Shown: positions 1-14,014, counted from the first letter of the stretch. The stretch is DNA of 64,000 nt from Octopus vulgaris (GCA_951406725.2 OX597830.1:75826001-75890000), one strand, 5' to 3'. Notes: generated by a model not told the origin, from the sequence alone. Numbers and translations: made by a program.

Positions 1-699
1 AAGAGAGCTAGAGAGGTGGATAAAAGAGAGAAAGAGAAGGTGTGAGAGTAAGTGTGATACAGAAAGAGAGAGGGAGCCATTAAAACGAAAGAAACATTAA
101 ATCGTCTGTTGTGAAATAGATCAGGGTCGAATCAGCGATGCCAGATAAGCAGCACCCAAACAGTTATGCCGAAACGTCTCATACGCTTTCCGTTTTGACT
201 CGTAATAGAAAATATTTAATCGTAACGATTATACTGATTGAACTGACGGCTTAACCTGTTATATCTTCTCTCAAGCAAAATGTCAGTTTCGAAAACTGTC
301 AACAACGTTGTGCTACAAACAGTGATAGATAAATACATATTTCATGCTTTCTCTCTACCGGAAATTCTAACAAACATTAAGTAGGCACTACGTTCATGAG
401 TATAAGCAGCTGCTATGACTATCAAATAAAATAGAGATGACCTTTGTTAGCGTGCAGACGGATCACAGGTCACCCCCGACTTGAGCACATTTCAAATGCA
501 GTTTCATTGTGGCTTCGACTCTTAGAAAATAGATTACGCTGCCTTGCTCACCCTCAGACAAAATACAAATGGACACATAGATGGATATTGTGATTTTAAG
601 ATGGCTTCAAAGCATTTTGATATGTCTTTCTTTGCTTTGGTTTTCAAAATCCTTATTGGAATGTGACAAAATTATGACAAAGAATTGAAAAATATGACG

Positions 700-1119
700 A
701 GGGAGTGGCTTGTGGTAAGTAGCTTGCAGAAGTGGTTCTGTGGTAAGTAACCTGCTTACCAACCAAATGTTTCCGGGTTCAGTCCCACTGCATGGTACCT
801 TGGGAAGGTATCTTCTACCAAAGCTTTGTGAGTGGATTTGGTAGATGGGAACTGAAAGAAGCCAGTCGTATGTGTTTGTATGTGTGTGTGTGTGTGTGTT
901 TGTGTGTGTGTATCTGTGTTACCCCCTCTACACACACACACCCAACCTCATTTGACAATCGATACTAGTGCGTTTACGTCCCCATAGCTTAGCGGTTCGG
1001 CGAAAGTGGTCGATAGTATAAGACCTAAGCTACAAAGTGTAAGTCCTGGGGCAGATTTGCTCGACTAAAAGCGGTGCTCAAGCATGGCCGTGGTCAAAAG
1101 ACAGAAGCAGGTAAAAGAA
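700..1119 (+). mobile_element. tRNA-derived SINE family A (internal microsatellite), partly duplicated head
   Basis: A-box-like TGGCTTGTGG, B-box-like GGTTCAGTCCC, CORE-like ACCTTGGGAAG, internal (TG)n, and tail GGTGCTC-AGCATGGCC...GTAAAAG. Matches copies at 51197 and 55053. Confidence 0.85.
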
Positions 1120-1419
1120 TTTTAACAAATGGAGTTGAAAATATTTTGACACATTTCCTTAGGCTTGGTTGCGCGGTTAAAATAAACGCTTTGGAACCAT
1201 GTGTTTTCGGGTTCAGTACCAATGCAGAGAGCTTTGACCAAGGATCACTGCACCAATCAACACCCGGTCAATGAACATGGTAAGCGAAAATTGTGTGGAA
1301 GCCCGTCATATTTATGTGTGCGTATGAGAATGAGTGTGTGTGAGTGCATTTTGTGAATCTGTTACACGCCCACCGCATTTAGGGAGATTTGGTTGTTATG
1401 CGGTGTAGCATCCTCATCA

Positions 1420-1446
1420 TATATATACAAAAATGCATATATACAT

Positions 1447-1527
<81 letters not shown>

Positions 1528-1681
1528 AAGTAGCTAAGATATATCTTTCTACTTATATTACAATATATTTCAGCGTTTCGAAAACAACCCTACCTGCCAT
1601 GCAAGTATATACATATTTACATATATACATATATATATATATACATATATACATATGCATATATATATACATATATATACA

Positions 1682-1739
<58 letters not shown>

Positions 1740-1940
1740 TGTACATATATATACACATATATATATATACATATACATATATACATATACATATATATAT
1801 ATACATATATGTACATACACACACACATATAAATATACATAAATATATACACATATATATATACATATATATATATATATACATATGCATATATATACAT
1901 ATATATGCATATATATACATATATATAAATACATATAAAA
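1420..1940. repeat. (TA)n/(CA)n compound microsatellite
   Basis: Direct dinucleotide runs; these produce the YIYI ORFs. Confidence 0.95.
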
Positions 1941-2030
1941 TATTATTAGAGACAAAACCACTATTTTGCAAAACAAACAAGGAAAGACTTAATCAATACA
2001 TAAAATTTTAATAAATAGTCAAAAAAACCG

Positions 2031-2073
2031 CCACTACAATCGTTTCTTGTCTTGATCGACAATCTTCAGGTGG
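2031..2073 (-). ncRNA. Minimal type I hammerhead ribozyme motif (Penelope-like pLTR type)
   Basis: Minus strand reads CCAC-CTGAAGA-TTGTC-GATCAA-GACAA-GAAAC-GATT-GTA-GTGG: stem I CCAC/GTGG, full CUGANGA and GAAA core, 5-bp stem II, short near-palindromic stem III, GUA cleavage triplet. Confidence 0.75.
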
Positions 2074-2118
2074 ACTTCAATAAGTCAGTTTCAAATACAT
2101 TGTGTATGTATGTATGTA

Positions 2119-2170
<52 letters not shown>

Positions 2171-2213
2171 TGTTATTCCTGTAAATTTGGATTTATTCCC
2201 TAATATTTATTAT

Positions 2214-2293
<80 letters not shown>

Positions 2294-2911
2294 CACATAA
2301 TACCAGTGCGTTTTTGTGTGCTACAGATAACATGAAACAAAGTACAGCCTGTTGTTACTAGCATCACCATCAAGTTTGCATTGCAGGTAGGGTGGTTTCT
2401 AGAAACTCGGAAGAATGAAAAACATAACCCGGCAGAATGTGGATGAGCTGATGAGAATAAAAGAGGAGATACAATATGATATGATTGTGTGTGTGTACGT
2501 GTGCATGTATTTGTGTATGCGTGTGTGGGTGTGCGTATGTGCGTATATGTGTGTGAGTCCTTGTGTACGTGTGTGTAAGTGTGAGTCTGTGTCTGTGTGT
2601 ATGAAGTATTTCCAATGTCTAGTTTGGAACGAAATATGCATTTAGCCTAACATGGTTGGTTGAAGTCTGGGTCATGGTGATGGCAACCAGTCCATGAGTC
2701 GGAGAGCAGAAAATCCTCAGGCAAGCTGTTTATTTGGCATTTGCATCGTGTGACCAACCTTTACACCAACTTTCTCCTACCAGCATTTGCAATAACTGTG
2801 TTTGGTTCTACAAGCCTTCACTATTGAAAGCAAATATTCAGTGTGGGTAGTCTGACAGGCTGTTCAACTCCTCATACATGGAAATTGAGAGGTGAATCCA
2901 TTGTGTATGTA

Positions 2912-3001
<90 letters not shown>

Positions 3002-4213
3002 TGTTATTCGCTGAAATTATAAACAAAACCAGTGGCTTGTTTAGGCTCAAAAGTTCGGGTAGTTCTAGAAGAGGAGATACAATATGTCCAAATACTGGCA
3101 TTGTAGAATCCCTAGCGCACACGAACCGCATATTTGTCCTGAACACATTGTTGCCGTAAAAAGAAGCTGTTCTCTTAAGACGCGCACAACGGCGAGTAAC
3201 ATATCTTCGTTCGCATTTTCCGGATAACTATGCAAATCATCATTTTACATAGAGGAGTGGGGTCTGTGTCTGTGCGTATGTCTATGTGAATGTGCCTTAG
3301 TGTGTATGTCTGAATAAGTGTGTGTGTGCGTGCTTGTAATGCATTGTTACAGCTTGGTTATGCTCTAACTCTTCTTCACTGATTCAATGCTAGATGCAGC
3401 AATTAATAAAACAAAACGAGAGACTAAAAGCCGTAATATAATACAAACGGTAGAATCAGAATCCAAATAAAGCGTGAAGATCGACGTCTGCAAATTGTAA
3501 ATAGCAAATATTCCAAACATTTAATTCCACGAGGAAGAAAATAATTCTTACGCTTCAGGTAGAATATTAGCATTCAGCTCCTTCGAAAGTTTCCCTTCAA
3601 ATGTTGATGGAATCATTCTTAGTGTTGTTTCTTTTTCTCTGGATGCTGAAGTGTGTTCGATTGCCACAGTTAACAGGAATACGCTGGGGTTATTATTTGT
3701 TCAACGACAGATTCTTTACTGCAAATATTGGCCGTATATCTAAATATGAAATCGATAATGATTTCATCTGCCGATGCCTTTGTTGTAGAATAATAATTTA
3801 TATTTATATTTATATTTATATATATATATTTCTTTTTTTTTTTACTTTTTTTAATACTTTTTGCCATTCTAGTTTATTCTATTCTATCTTGTCCTTTTCT
3901 CGTCTCAATGTCCATCCATAGTATGCAAATCGTCCAGAATCAACTGATTACAGAGAAAAATGGCGACCAACTCTTCCGGCCAAGACATGGAGGGACGGAA
4001 GGAAGGAAAGTAGTAAAGAAGAAAGAGATGAAAGAAGGGAAAGGCAAAAGGAAATGAAGAATAATAGATAAAAGAAAAACTGAAGGAAAGATGTAAGGAA
4101 TGAGGGGGAAAGAAAAAGCCGAGATGGGAAAAAAATAAGAAAAAAAATAAAAGTAAAAGTAAAAATAAAAGACGAAATTGACGCAAGGAAGGAAGAAATA
4201 AAATAAGAAAGTA

Positions 4214-4314
4214 AAGAAGAAGAAGAAGAAGAAGAAGAAGAAGAAGAAGAAGAAGAAGAAGAAGAAGAAGAAGAAGAAGAAGAAGAAGAAGAAGAAGAAG
4301 AAGAAGAAGAAGAA
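4214..4314. repeat. (GAA)n microsatellite in a purine-rich tract; (AAC/AAT)n follows at ~4520-4627
   Basis: Direct trinucleotide run. Confidence 0.95.
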
Positions 4315-4812
4315 AGTTTATTTTTTGTGTGTGATCGAAAACGAAAGAAAAGGAAAAGAGAAATAAAAGAATATACAAGGAAAAAATTTATAAAGTGAAG
4401 GAGAGGGGGATAATAAAGGAAAAGGAAAAAGAAAGAATAAAAATGAAGAAAGAAAGAATAAATAAATAAATAAATAAATAACAGGAAAGGAAATGATGAA
4501 GGAGATGCGAAGAATAAGCAATAACAACACAACAAACACAAACAACAACGTTAAGAATAACAACAACAATAATAACAATAATAATAACAACAACAACAAC
4601 AACAACAACAATAACAGCAACAACAACGGGGCCTATAGCTCTGAAAAATTAATCAGAAAGAAAACGGAATTAATAAAAGTGTATTTTTATTAATAAAACA
4701 ATATTTTATATTTATTTCTCACTATAGACACACACATATATCGAATACAGCATAAAAACATACTCTTGAACATAGCAAAATATTACACATATACACACAC
4801 AGACCACAGACC

Positions 4813-4851
<39 letters not shown>

Positions 4852-4854
4852 ATA

Positions 4855-4946
<92 letters not shown>

Positions 4947-5157
4947 GACACACATGAACACACACATATAGCTATGGTGTGCAGTCGTTGTATTGTATTC
5001 CCTTTCTTACAAACTAGACGAGTCGTTAACGTGTTTGAAAGGCTCAATATTAAATTGGTCAACAGATATTCAATTTGGTTGTTCGACCAAATATGTAAAA
5101 TAGAAGTAAAAATTATGTTCCTTAATTGCATGGACACACACAGGGACACTCATATTC

Positions 5158-5199
<42 letters not shown>

Positions 5200-5219
5200 T
5201 TGTACGTATGCATGTATGC

Positions 5220-5251
<32 letters not shown>

Positions 5252-5313
5252 ATATATATACACGCGCGCTCAACCATACATATATGTACACATATATTAT
5301 ATATATAGATACA

Positions 5314-5391
<78 letters not shown>

Positions 5392-5792
5392 TGTATATAA
5401 AATGTAGGCACTTAGATATAGATGTCTGTCTGAGAAAGTAGGTGTGTTTCTCTGTGTCTGTTTATGTGTATGTACATGTATGTCTGTGTTTGTATGCGTG
5501 ATTATATGGTACGTGCATTCTTAAATGCTAAAGAAGTTCGTTTTGCAGTCATAAGGTCTTTAGATCGGTTCCTCAGCCATGGTATTTGAACTACTGTATT
5601 TTATCGTTAGTTCAAACCAAGGCATTTTTAAATAAAATTAGGTAGAAAACCCGTCAGTCAGCGTGTATATGTGATGTACACAATGTAAGTTAGGTTACTC
5701 CGTCACGCTGAAACTATGTGAAAGCTAATCTAAAATACAAATGTTTTCTAAATGCTCAGACACAGGACATTATAATATATCGAATAATAAAA

Positions 5793-6176
5793 GGCGGCGA
5801 GCTGGCAGAAACGTTAGCACGCCGGGCGAAATGCGTAGCCGTATTTCGTCTGCCGTTACGTTCTGAGTTCAAATTCCGGCGAGGTCGACTTTGCCTTTCA
5901 TCCTTTCGGGGTCGATTAAATATGTGCCAGTTACGCACTGAGGTCGATATAATCGACTTAATCCGTTTGTCTTTCCTTGTTTGTCCTCTCTTGTGGGTAG
6001 TAAACAAATAGGTATTTCGTCTGCCGCTACGTTCTGAGTTCAAACTCCACCGAGGTTTGACTTTCGCTTTCATCCTGTCGAGGTTGATGAATTAAGTACC
6101 AGTTGCGTACTGGGATCGATCTAGTCGACTGGCTCCCTCCCCAAAAACTTTGGACCTTGTGCCTAGTGTAGAAAAG
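5793..6176 (+). mobile_element. tRNA-derived SINE family B, dimeric body
   Basis: Head GGCGGCGAGCTGGCAGAA, B-box GAGTTCAAATTC, body GCCTTTCATCCT...GTCGAT twice. Imperfect TSD AATATATC(G/A)AATAA at 5774 and 6177. Confidence 0.85.
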
Positions 6177-6266
6177 AATATATCAAATAAAAAGTAATCT
6201 AGGAAGGTATTGAATATGAACACACATGCACACACGCATACAAACACCCAGACGCATATGTATATA

Positions 6267-6473
6267 CTTTTATTCTTTTACTAGTTTCAGTCAGTAGGCT
6301 GCGACCATGCTGAAGCACCATTTTGAAGGGTTTTAGTGGAGCAAATTAACCCCAGCATTTTTTAACGCCTAGTACTTCTTTTGCCGAATCGCTAAGTTAC
6401 GGAGACGTAAACACACCAACACCGGTTGTCAAGCAGTATAGGAGGATAAACACTAACACAAAGATAAACACAC
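6267..6473 (-). mobile_element. SINE A 3' half (diverged)
   Basis: Reverse complement of the SINE A tail (TTTTGCCGAATCGCTAAGTTACGG...GGTTGTCAAGC). Confidence 0.75.
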
Positions 6474-7435
6474 CTCGTGCCATTCATTAACAACCTTAGC
6501 TGTGTGAATTGGTGCATTATCATCCTCAAAGATTGCGATTCCCTCCGGAAACAGTTCCGCAACCATAGGATGGACTTGATCAGAGAAAATGCTTAAATAA
6601 TATTGACTATTTATTCTACCGTGAAGGGAAACCATTGGGTCAGCGATTTCTAAGATATAAACCCCCCACCAGATCATCACAGATCATCATGTTTAACAGT
6701 AGGAACAGGGCAATCTGAATCAAATGTTTCTATTGGCTGTCTCCACATGTATACTCGTCCGGTGGTCGGAAATTAGGTAAAGGATGACGCATCCGATAAA
6801 ATAACATTCTTCCACTGCTCTAGAGACCAATTCTGTAGGTTTTTATTCCACGCTAAACGCTTTGCAACGTTAGTTTTTGAAAGTAGTGGTTTTCTGATTG
6901 CAGCCCTTCTATGAAATCCGGCTTTGTGCAGCTTCCGGTGAATAGTTTTTGTGGAAACTGGGTTCTCAAGGTGCTCATTAAGCTCTACAGTAATTTGGGG
7001 ATCTGTACTTTTGAGATCCTTTCTAACAATTCGCGTAAGAGTCCGATGGACCCTATCTGAAAATTTTAATTTTCTTCCGGAGTTTTGTTTCGATGAGGAT
7101 GTTTTCCCCTACTTCTCAAAGGCTATCAATACTTTCGCTACAGCACTTCTTGATACACCAAACACTTCGGCTATTTTCGTTACGCTAGCACCTGTCATAC
7201 GAACACCAACAATTTGACCTCTTTGAAAATCTGATAGATCTATCATTTCAATGAATTTTAATTGCCTCTTTCTGATGATATCTGAAAAGAAACAGTAATT
7301 TTAGCAAAGCATATTAAGCAATACTAATAATATATCAAAAAACATAAAAATAAAGAAGCATTTGGAGGTTTTATAGATATTTCAAAATTATGACGCTATG
7401 ATGTTAGGTGTTTCCGTTATTTTGTCCAACCCCTG
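6474..7435 (-). pseudogene. Tc1-family DNA transposon, 3'-truncated transposase pseudogene with one TIR
   Basis: Minus strand TA|CAGGGGTTGGACAAAATAACGGAAACACC TIR at 7435. ATG at 7246 gives MIDLSDFQRGQIVG..SGRKLK..RKPLL..WKNVILSDASSF..PTVKH, then VMIWWG..FEDDNAPIHTAK (first two catalytic Asp). Two stops and a frameshift; third catalytic residue and right TIR absent. Confidence 0.92.
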
Positions 7436-7454
7436 TATATGTATGTGTGTATGT

Positions 7455-7662
7455 GACTTCGTGTCTGTGTTTGCCCTATCACCACCACATGATAACCGGT
7501 GTTTATGTGTTTACGTCCCTGTAACTCGATGGTTCAGCAAAAGAAACCTAAAGATAACTTAAAGGCTTTAAAAACTAAATCCTAGGGTCGACTTGTTCGA
7601 CTAAAACACTTCAAGGTGCTGCTGCAGCATGACCGCAGTCAAAGGAACGAAACAAGTAAAAA
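7455..7662 (+). mobile_element. SINE A 3' half (diverged)
   Basis: GTGTTTACGTCCCTGTAACT...CAGCATGACCGCAGTCAAA...AACAAGTAAAA. Confidence 0.75.
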
Positions 7663-7663
7663 A

Positions 7664-7716
<53 letters not shown>

Positions 7717-7969
7717 GGGCTTCTGCACTGTTTTATTCTGTCAATTTTTCTCACAAGGCATGGATTGACACGGGGCCGTAATTGAAGACACAGGATGCTG
7801 CAGATTCACACTGAATGCGAAACCGTGTAGCTGGACAACAACCTTATCAAGTACACAATTATGTCTCTCGTTTTACAAATCACTTTTTTATAGCGGTAAC
7901 CATTAACGCTTACACTCCCAGCTACCCCCACGCACAAGAACACATAAATACACACAGACACACAAAAGC

Positions 7970-8029
<60 letters not shown>

Positions 8030-8086
8030 TCACACATACACAAGAACACACACGCACACACATATGGAATTAGAAGGAAAGATTAT

Positions 8087-8537
8087 AGAATTTGTTTTTG
8101 AAAAATGCACAAACATATCAAAAACTTGTAGTTATTTTTGAATAAATTTATTTACATACATACGAAACAAATTTCAACAGTTTTTTGAATTTATCAATGG
8201 TGTAAACGTAAATAAAACAATGGTATTGTAACAGAATTTTAAATTACGCAGTAGAAAACATGCTTAAATGATTAAATGTTCACAAAATTCAATGACATGG
8301 GTAGATAATACCAATATTATAGAATACGTCTTCGTATTCTATAATAACTCAATATGACCGAACTTTTAATAATCCACATTTTTTTTATATTCTTCGTCGA
8401 GAATTTTATCAACGGTATACGTTTATGCCATTGATAAACAGTAATTTCTTGAAACTAATTTGGTATGTATGTAAATAAATTTATTTAAAAACAACTACGT
8501 TTTTCAAATTCAGGTGCATTTTCAAAAACAAATTCTC
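8087..8537. mobile_element. MITE / fold-back element with ~125-bp imperfect TIRs
   Basis: GAATTTGTTTTTGAAAAATGCAC...AATAAATTTATTTACATACATAC...TTTATCAATGG at 8087-8212 is the reverse complement of 8415-8537. Confidence 0.8.
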
Positions 8538-8562
8538 CTATGTCTGTGCGTATACAAACACA

Positions 8563-8860
<298 letters not shown>

Positions 8861-9176
8861 ATATACATATATATACATATATATATATATACATATATAT
8901 ACATATATATATATAGGTATGTATATATTTCAAATTTTTTACAAAATCACAGCAAACGGAAAATTTAACAAATATACTTAATTGAAAATTAGTAGCTACT
9001 TCTTCATCAGTGAAGGTTTTGACGTTGATATTGTTCAATTTTGGTGGCGCCGGTGGCAAATAGCCACTGGGAATAGCTAACAAACTTACAGGACGATGAC
9101 GGAAACAAACACGACAAAATAAATTAATTATAATAATTACGCATATACTACAAAATTTACATAGACACACAGACCC

Positions 9177-9247
<71 letters not shown>

Positions 9248-9853
9248 AATACATACATACATGCGCGCGCATACGCATACACACATACATACACACATAT
9301 TTGTATATATATACATAGACAAATAAAATATTAACAATGAGGAACGGGAAAACAACAAAAATCAATAGGACGTTTTAGGTTGGCGCTTAGAGAAAGTTTA
9401 AGAAAAGAGAGGTTGTAACATTTCGAGCATTGCTTTTTCGTCACGAAGAAGAAAGTGGAAAAAATTATGACATGCATTACATAGCAATGTATGAATTGTA
9501 TAACGTTGTACGATATATGGAATAAAAATATTGTTCATTTACGGAAACAATTGGCAGTTTGACTTCTCTTTTCTTCATTTAAATTATTACTTTTATTCAC
9601 TCTTAATTTAAGCCTAAGTGTTCTTGCTTTAGTCTTTTGTAGTGTCCCCATCTCTGTCAAACAAAATCTTACGAATCTACTTTTCATTTTGAAATAATAC
9701 GATTTCCAGGCCGGATCCCAGAAACGACAGGAAAGCTGGTACCGCTGTATAGCTACACAAGGTGACTATTTCAAGGGAGATGGTGTTAAAATAGGTAAAC
9801 AGATTATACTTTATTAAATATAACCAGGCCGGGAATCATCTGATACCACTTTG

Positions 9854-9885
<32 letters not shown>

Positions 9886-9910
9886 TGTATGTATGTATGT
9901 ATATGTATAT

Positions 9911-10247
9911 GTGAAGGCGCATGGCTTAGTGGTTAGAGCGTCGAGTTTACGATTGTGAGGTTGCGAGTTCGATTCCCGGACCGGGCGGCATGTTGTGTTC
10001 TTGAGCAAGACACTTTATTTCACGTTGCTCCTGTTCACTCAGCTGTAGAAATGAGTTTGCGACATCACAGGTGCCAAGCTGTATCAGCCCTTGCCTTTCT
10101 CTTGGATAACATCAGTGGTGTGGAGAGGAGAGGCTGGTATGCATGGGCGACTGTTGGTCTTCCATAAACAACCTTGCCCGGACTTGTGCCTGGGAGGGTA
10201 ACTTTTTAGGTGCAATCCCATGGTCATTCATGACCTAAGGGGGTCTC
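9911..10247 (+). mobile_element. tRNA-derived SINE family C
   Basis: A-box TGGCTTAGTGG, B-box GAGTTCGATTC, GTTCTTGAGCAAGACACTT, CACTCAGCTG. Inserted in (TATG)n; matches 23540, 44277 and 62474. Confidence 0.88.
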
Positions 10248-10876
10248 CCATCCCACGTATGTATGTATGTATGTATGTATGTATGTATGTATGTATGTAT
10301 GTATGCATGTATTATGTATGTATGTATGTATGTATGTATGTATGCATGCATGTATGTATGTATGCATACCAGTTATATACAACACAGGCAGTTTTAGATT
10401 AAAATAACACACGTAGCACAGTTTTATTCGACTAGGCGGCTAACAGCAACATCAGCAATTTTTCACTCACTGTTTTCTTATTTCATTAGCGATAGGTTTT
10501 GTATCCCCATGCAGCTGACAGTAAGTACACACTACCGACAAAGCCACAAAGCACAGAAATATACATCTAGCATTGTCGCCGCTACAGTTACAGGATTTTC
10601 GTCTGCTACAGGTATGTTAGTGTTTATAAACACGGTACGTCCAAAAGAAATATCATCTCAGGGCAAACGCCGCAGATAATCTGCCTCCTTGCGATGTGTT
10701 TGCGTTAACTATCATTCATAAACAGGTGGCTTGATACATATACAGGTATATAAGTAGAAATATTTATACATACATACGTACAAATTTATGCGTCTGTGTG
10801 TGGGAGGTATGTGTATATATGTATGTATGTGTGTGTACCTGTGCACGTATATACATATATATATATATATATATAT

Positions 10877-10914
<38 letters not shown>

Positions 10915-10918
<4 letters not shown>

Positions 10919-11200
10919 ATACAAACAGGGACAAGAACGCAAAACATTTAGAAGACGATACAAAAAACACGGACGGGACATTCGAAGCCTTCAATCTTCA
11001 ATCAAGAACCGGATCATCCTCGCAATTTCGGCTGATTAATCTTGAGATCGCTCCAATCCGGCCAGCCCCAAGGAAAAACTAGGCTACGAGCATTAGATTT
11101 CTTGGAAAAAGGATCGAATGTATACGAAACAAGGACAGAAGAACGGACGATGCCACACGAATATAAATACAAAAAACAATAATAGTAATAACAGGACAAA
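10915..11200 (-). mobile_element. Interspersed repeat abutting a microsatellite (second copy 39675-40006); probable retroelement 3' end
   Basis: Colinear match with 39675-40006 (GGGACAAGAACGCAAAACAT...GGATCATCCTCGCAATTTCGGCTGATTAATCTTGAGAT...CAGCCCCAAGGAAAAACTA). Both copies share the same end next to a dinucleotide repeat. Confidence 0.7.
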
Positions 11201-11456
11201 AACAGCGGGTGTCTTACGACTATAGACAGTACAACTTAGATAGCTGGCGTATTTGGAAAAAAATCCCTTTTTCGGCAGACGAAGAAAACTATGTTCTCGT
11301 GGCGGTGGTCAGAAGCCGAAAGGCTGGTTGACCAGCGGTCACGTGAGAGGAGAAGAGAGAGAAAAAAGGGGGCAAAGGAATCAAAGAGAGAGAGAAAAAA
11401 GGAGGACAAAGGCACCAAAGGGGGGAGAAGAGAGAGAAAGAAGGAATTAAAGATCT

Positions 11457-11497
<41 letters not shown>

Positions 11498-11519
11498 GAG
11501 ATGATAGTTCTTCGCGTTG

Positions 11520-11690
11520 GGTAAAAGAAAATACAAGAGAATCAGCATATGATTTTGTTCAACATATTACGCTCTCAGATTCGTACACTTATTGCAGCAG
11601 TTCTTCAGTTTTTCTGAACCCTGCATAAGAACACTGAAGGTTGGGCCTCCAACCAGGCACTTCGCAAGGAAATTGTCAAACCATCCTATA
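11520..11690 (-). mobile_element. mariner-like transposase C-terminal remnant
   Basis: Minus-strand GSEKLKNCCNKCTNLRA*YVEQ resembles the mariner C-terminus G..KL..R..KC....G.YVE. Confidence 0.45.
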
Positions 11691-12890
11691 TATATTTTTT
11701 CGCTCTGTTTATTTTCTCTTTTTCTTTTCGGCTCAGCTGAAGAGCGTCGGCTCGAAACGTAAAAGACTTTTTTCAATATCCCCGAGCGTCAAACTAATGC
11801 ACTTGCTTATTGTTCATACATCTGCCTTCGACTTTTGTTTTTCTATAAATTTCAACTATGTATGTATGTATGTATGTATGTATGTATGTATGTATGTATG
11901 TATGTATGTATGTATGCATGTACGTATGTACGTATGTATGCATGTATGTATGTATGTATGTATGTATGTATGTATGTATATTTGTATGTATGTATGTATG
12001 TATGTATGATTTATGTATGATTTATGTATATTTGTATGTATGTTTATATGTATGCATGTATGTATGTATGTATATTTGTATGTATGTATGTACGTACGTA
12101 TGTATGTATATATGTGTGTATGTATGTATATAATGGGATTCTACACATTTTACGCCTAACAAGTCCCTCTGAAGGTGTGGTAAGTATCTACAGCAGAGAG
12201 CCCTTTCTTATGCACGCATAACAAGAACGAGGATGGCACTACAAGTGAACGACTTAACCAAATACCTATGCCTGCTCAGTATGTGAAACCCTGCAGTTAT
12301 CAATCTACATTTCCATGATTCTTCATACCCAAATATCTCACTCACCCTGTCTCTGCCTCTTTCCCCCCGCTCTCTCACTCCCTGTTTATCTCTGTCTCTG
12401 TATCTCCTACATACATTTCATTCCAGGTGTTGTCTTTTGTTCAACTCAGCCGGTTTTCCTTCCTTCCTTCCTCCAGTCTTTTCCTTTCAATCATCATATT
12501 CTACCTTCTTTGCTCCCCTGTTTTCTTAATATCCATCCTTCTGGCTAGAATCCTCTTTTATTCAACTATGTATGTACGTACGTACGTATGTGTGTATTAT
12601 AGATTTGTATATATCAGGATACATACCCTTATGTACATGCATATATATTTGTGTGTATATATATGTGTGTGTATGTGCGTATATATGTGTTTGTGTGTGT
12701 TCACATACAAAGCAATGTGTGTATATATGCATACATACACATACACAAACACGCACATGCACACACATATTAACGTATACATGTATAACATCAATTCTCT
12801 TTATACTTATAGCTATACTCGTATATACACATGTATGTAACATATTTTGAGCGTGTGAGCGTATATATGTAGACAAGCATATATAGTGTG

Positions 12891-12929
<39 letters not shown>

Positions 12930-12942
12930 AATAGATACAAAT

Positions 12943-12985
<43 letters not shown>

Positions 12986-13200
12986 TGTATATATATACAT
13001 ATATATTGTGTGTGTGTGTGTGTATATACATACATGTAACAAGCATATTATAAACTCATACACTTATACAGAATATTATACACAACACACATTTACGTTA
13101 TAGATTATACACCCATATATATATTCATACATATATATATATATGTATGTATATATATGTACACATATATATATATATATACATGTATATATATAACATA

Positions 13201-13241
<41 letters not shown>

Positions 13242-13764
13242 CATATACATATACATATATATATACAACATATATAGTATACATATACTTATATATATAT
13301 ATCTATATAAATATACATACATCCTTATTTTCTCTTCCAGCCATGTCCTCTTCCAAATATCATTCCAACTTCATTCTCACCATCATCTATTCACTCATTC
13401 GTTCATTCACTTTCCTTCCCTTCTTTCCTTCTTTTTGTCCTTTCATTCTTTCATTTCATACTGCCTATTTCTCTATCTTCCCATTCATCTCCATTTTCGA
13501 ATTTTTCCTCTCCCCTCTTCTCATCTTCGTGTCTCTCTATATGTTTTTTTTTTGGTGTTTTTTGTTGTTGTTTTTTTTGTATATCTATATATAGTTTTGT
13601 TTGTTGTTTTTTAATAAAATTTTATGTTATTCATTATCCTTTTTTCATATTTTCTTTATATTTTCATTTACTTTTACTGAAGCGGAAATTAAATTCGTTG
13701 TGATAAAAAAAATAAAATATACATCCAGCCATACATACACGCATACACGTATATATGTATGTAT

Positions 13765-13851
<87 letters not shown>

Positions 13852-13930
13852 CATGTATGCATTTATATATAGATATATACAAATATGTGTATATACATAT
13901 TTCTATAATCATATATGTATATATATATCA

Positions 13931-14014
<84 letters not shown>

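Noticed and set aside
140-190. CCGAAACGTC hammerhead-like half
   Set aside because: No upstream CUGANGA box or stems.
1389-2300. Long [12 protein letters not shown] ORFs here and throughout the window
   Set aside because: Translations of stop-free dinucleotide and tetranucleotide microsatellites; no coding signal.
3905-4693. Poly-Leu, poly-Ser and poly-Asn ORFs, and the short MATNSSGQDMEG ORF
   Set aside because: Derived from (GAA)n and (AAC)n; the short ORF stops after 17 codons with no support.
11015-11075. GGCTG-loop-CAGCC-GAAAT on the minus strand (also at 39825, and a similar motif near 33870) as hammerheads
   Set aside because: Stem plus GAAA present, but no CUGANGA or valid cleavage triplet in register.
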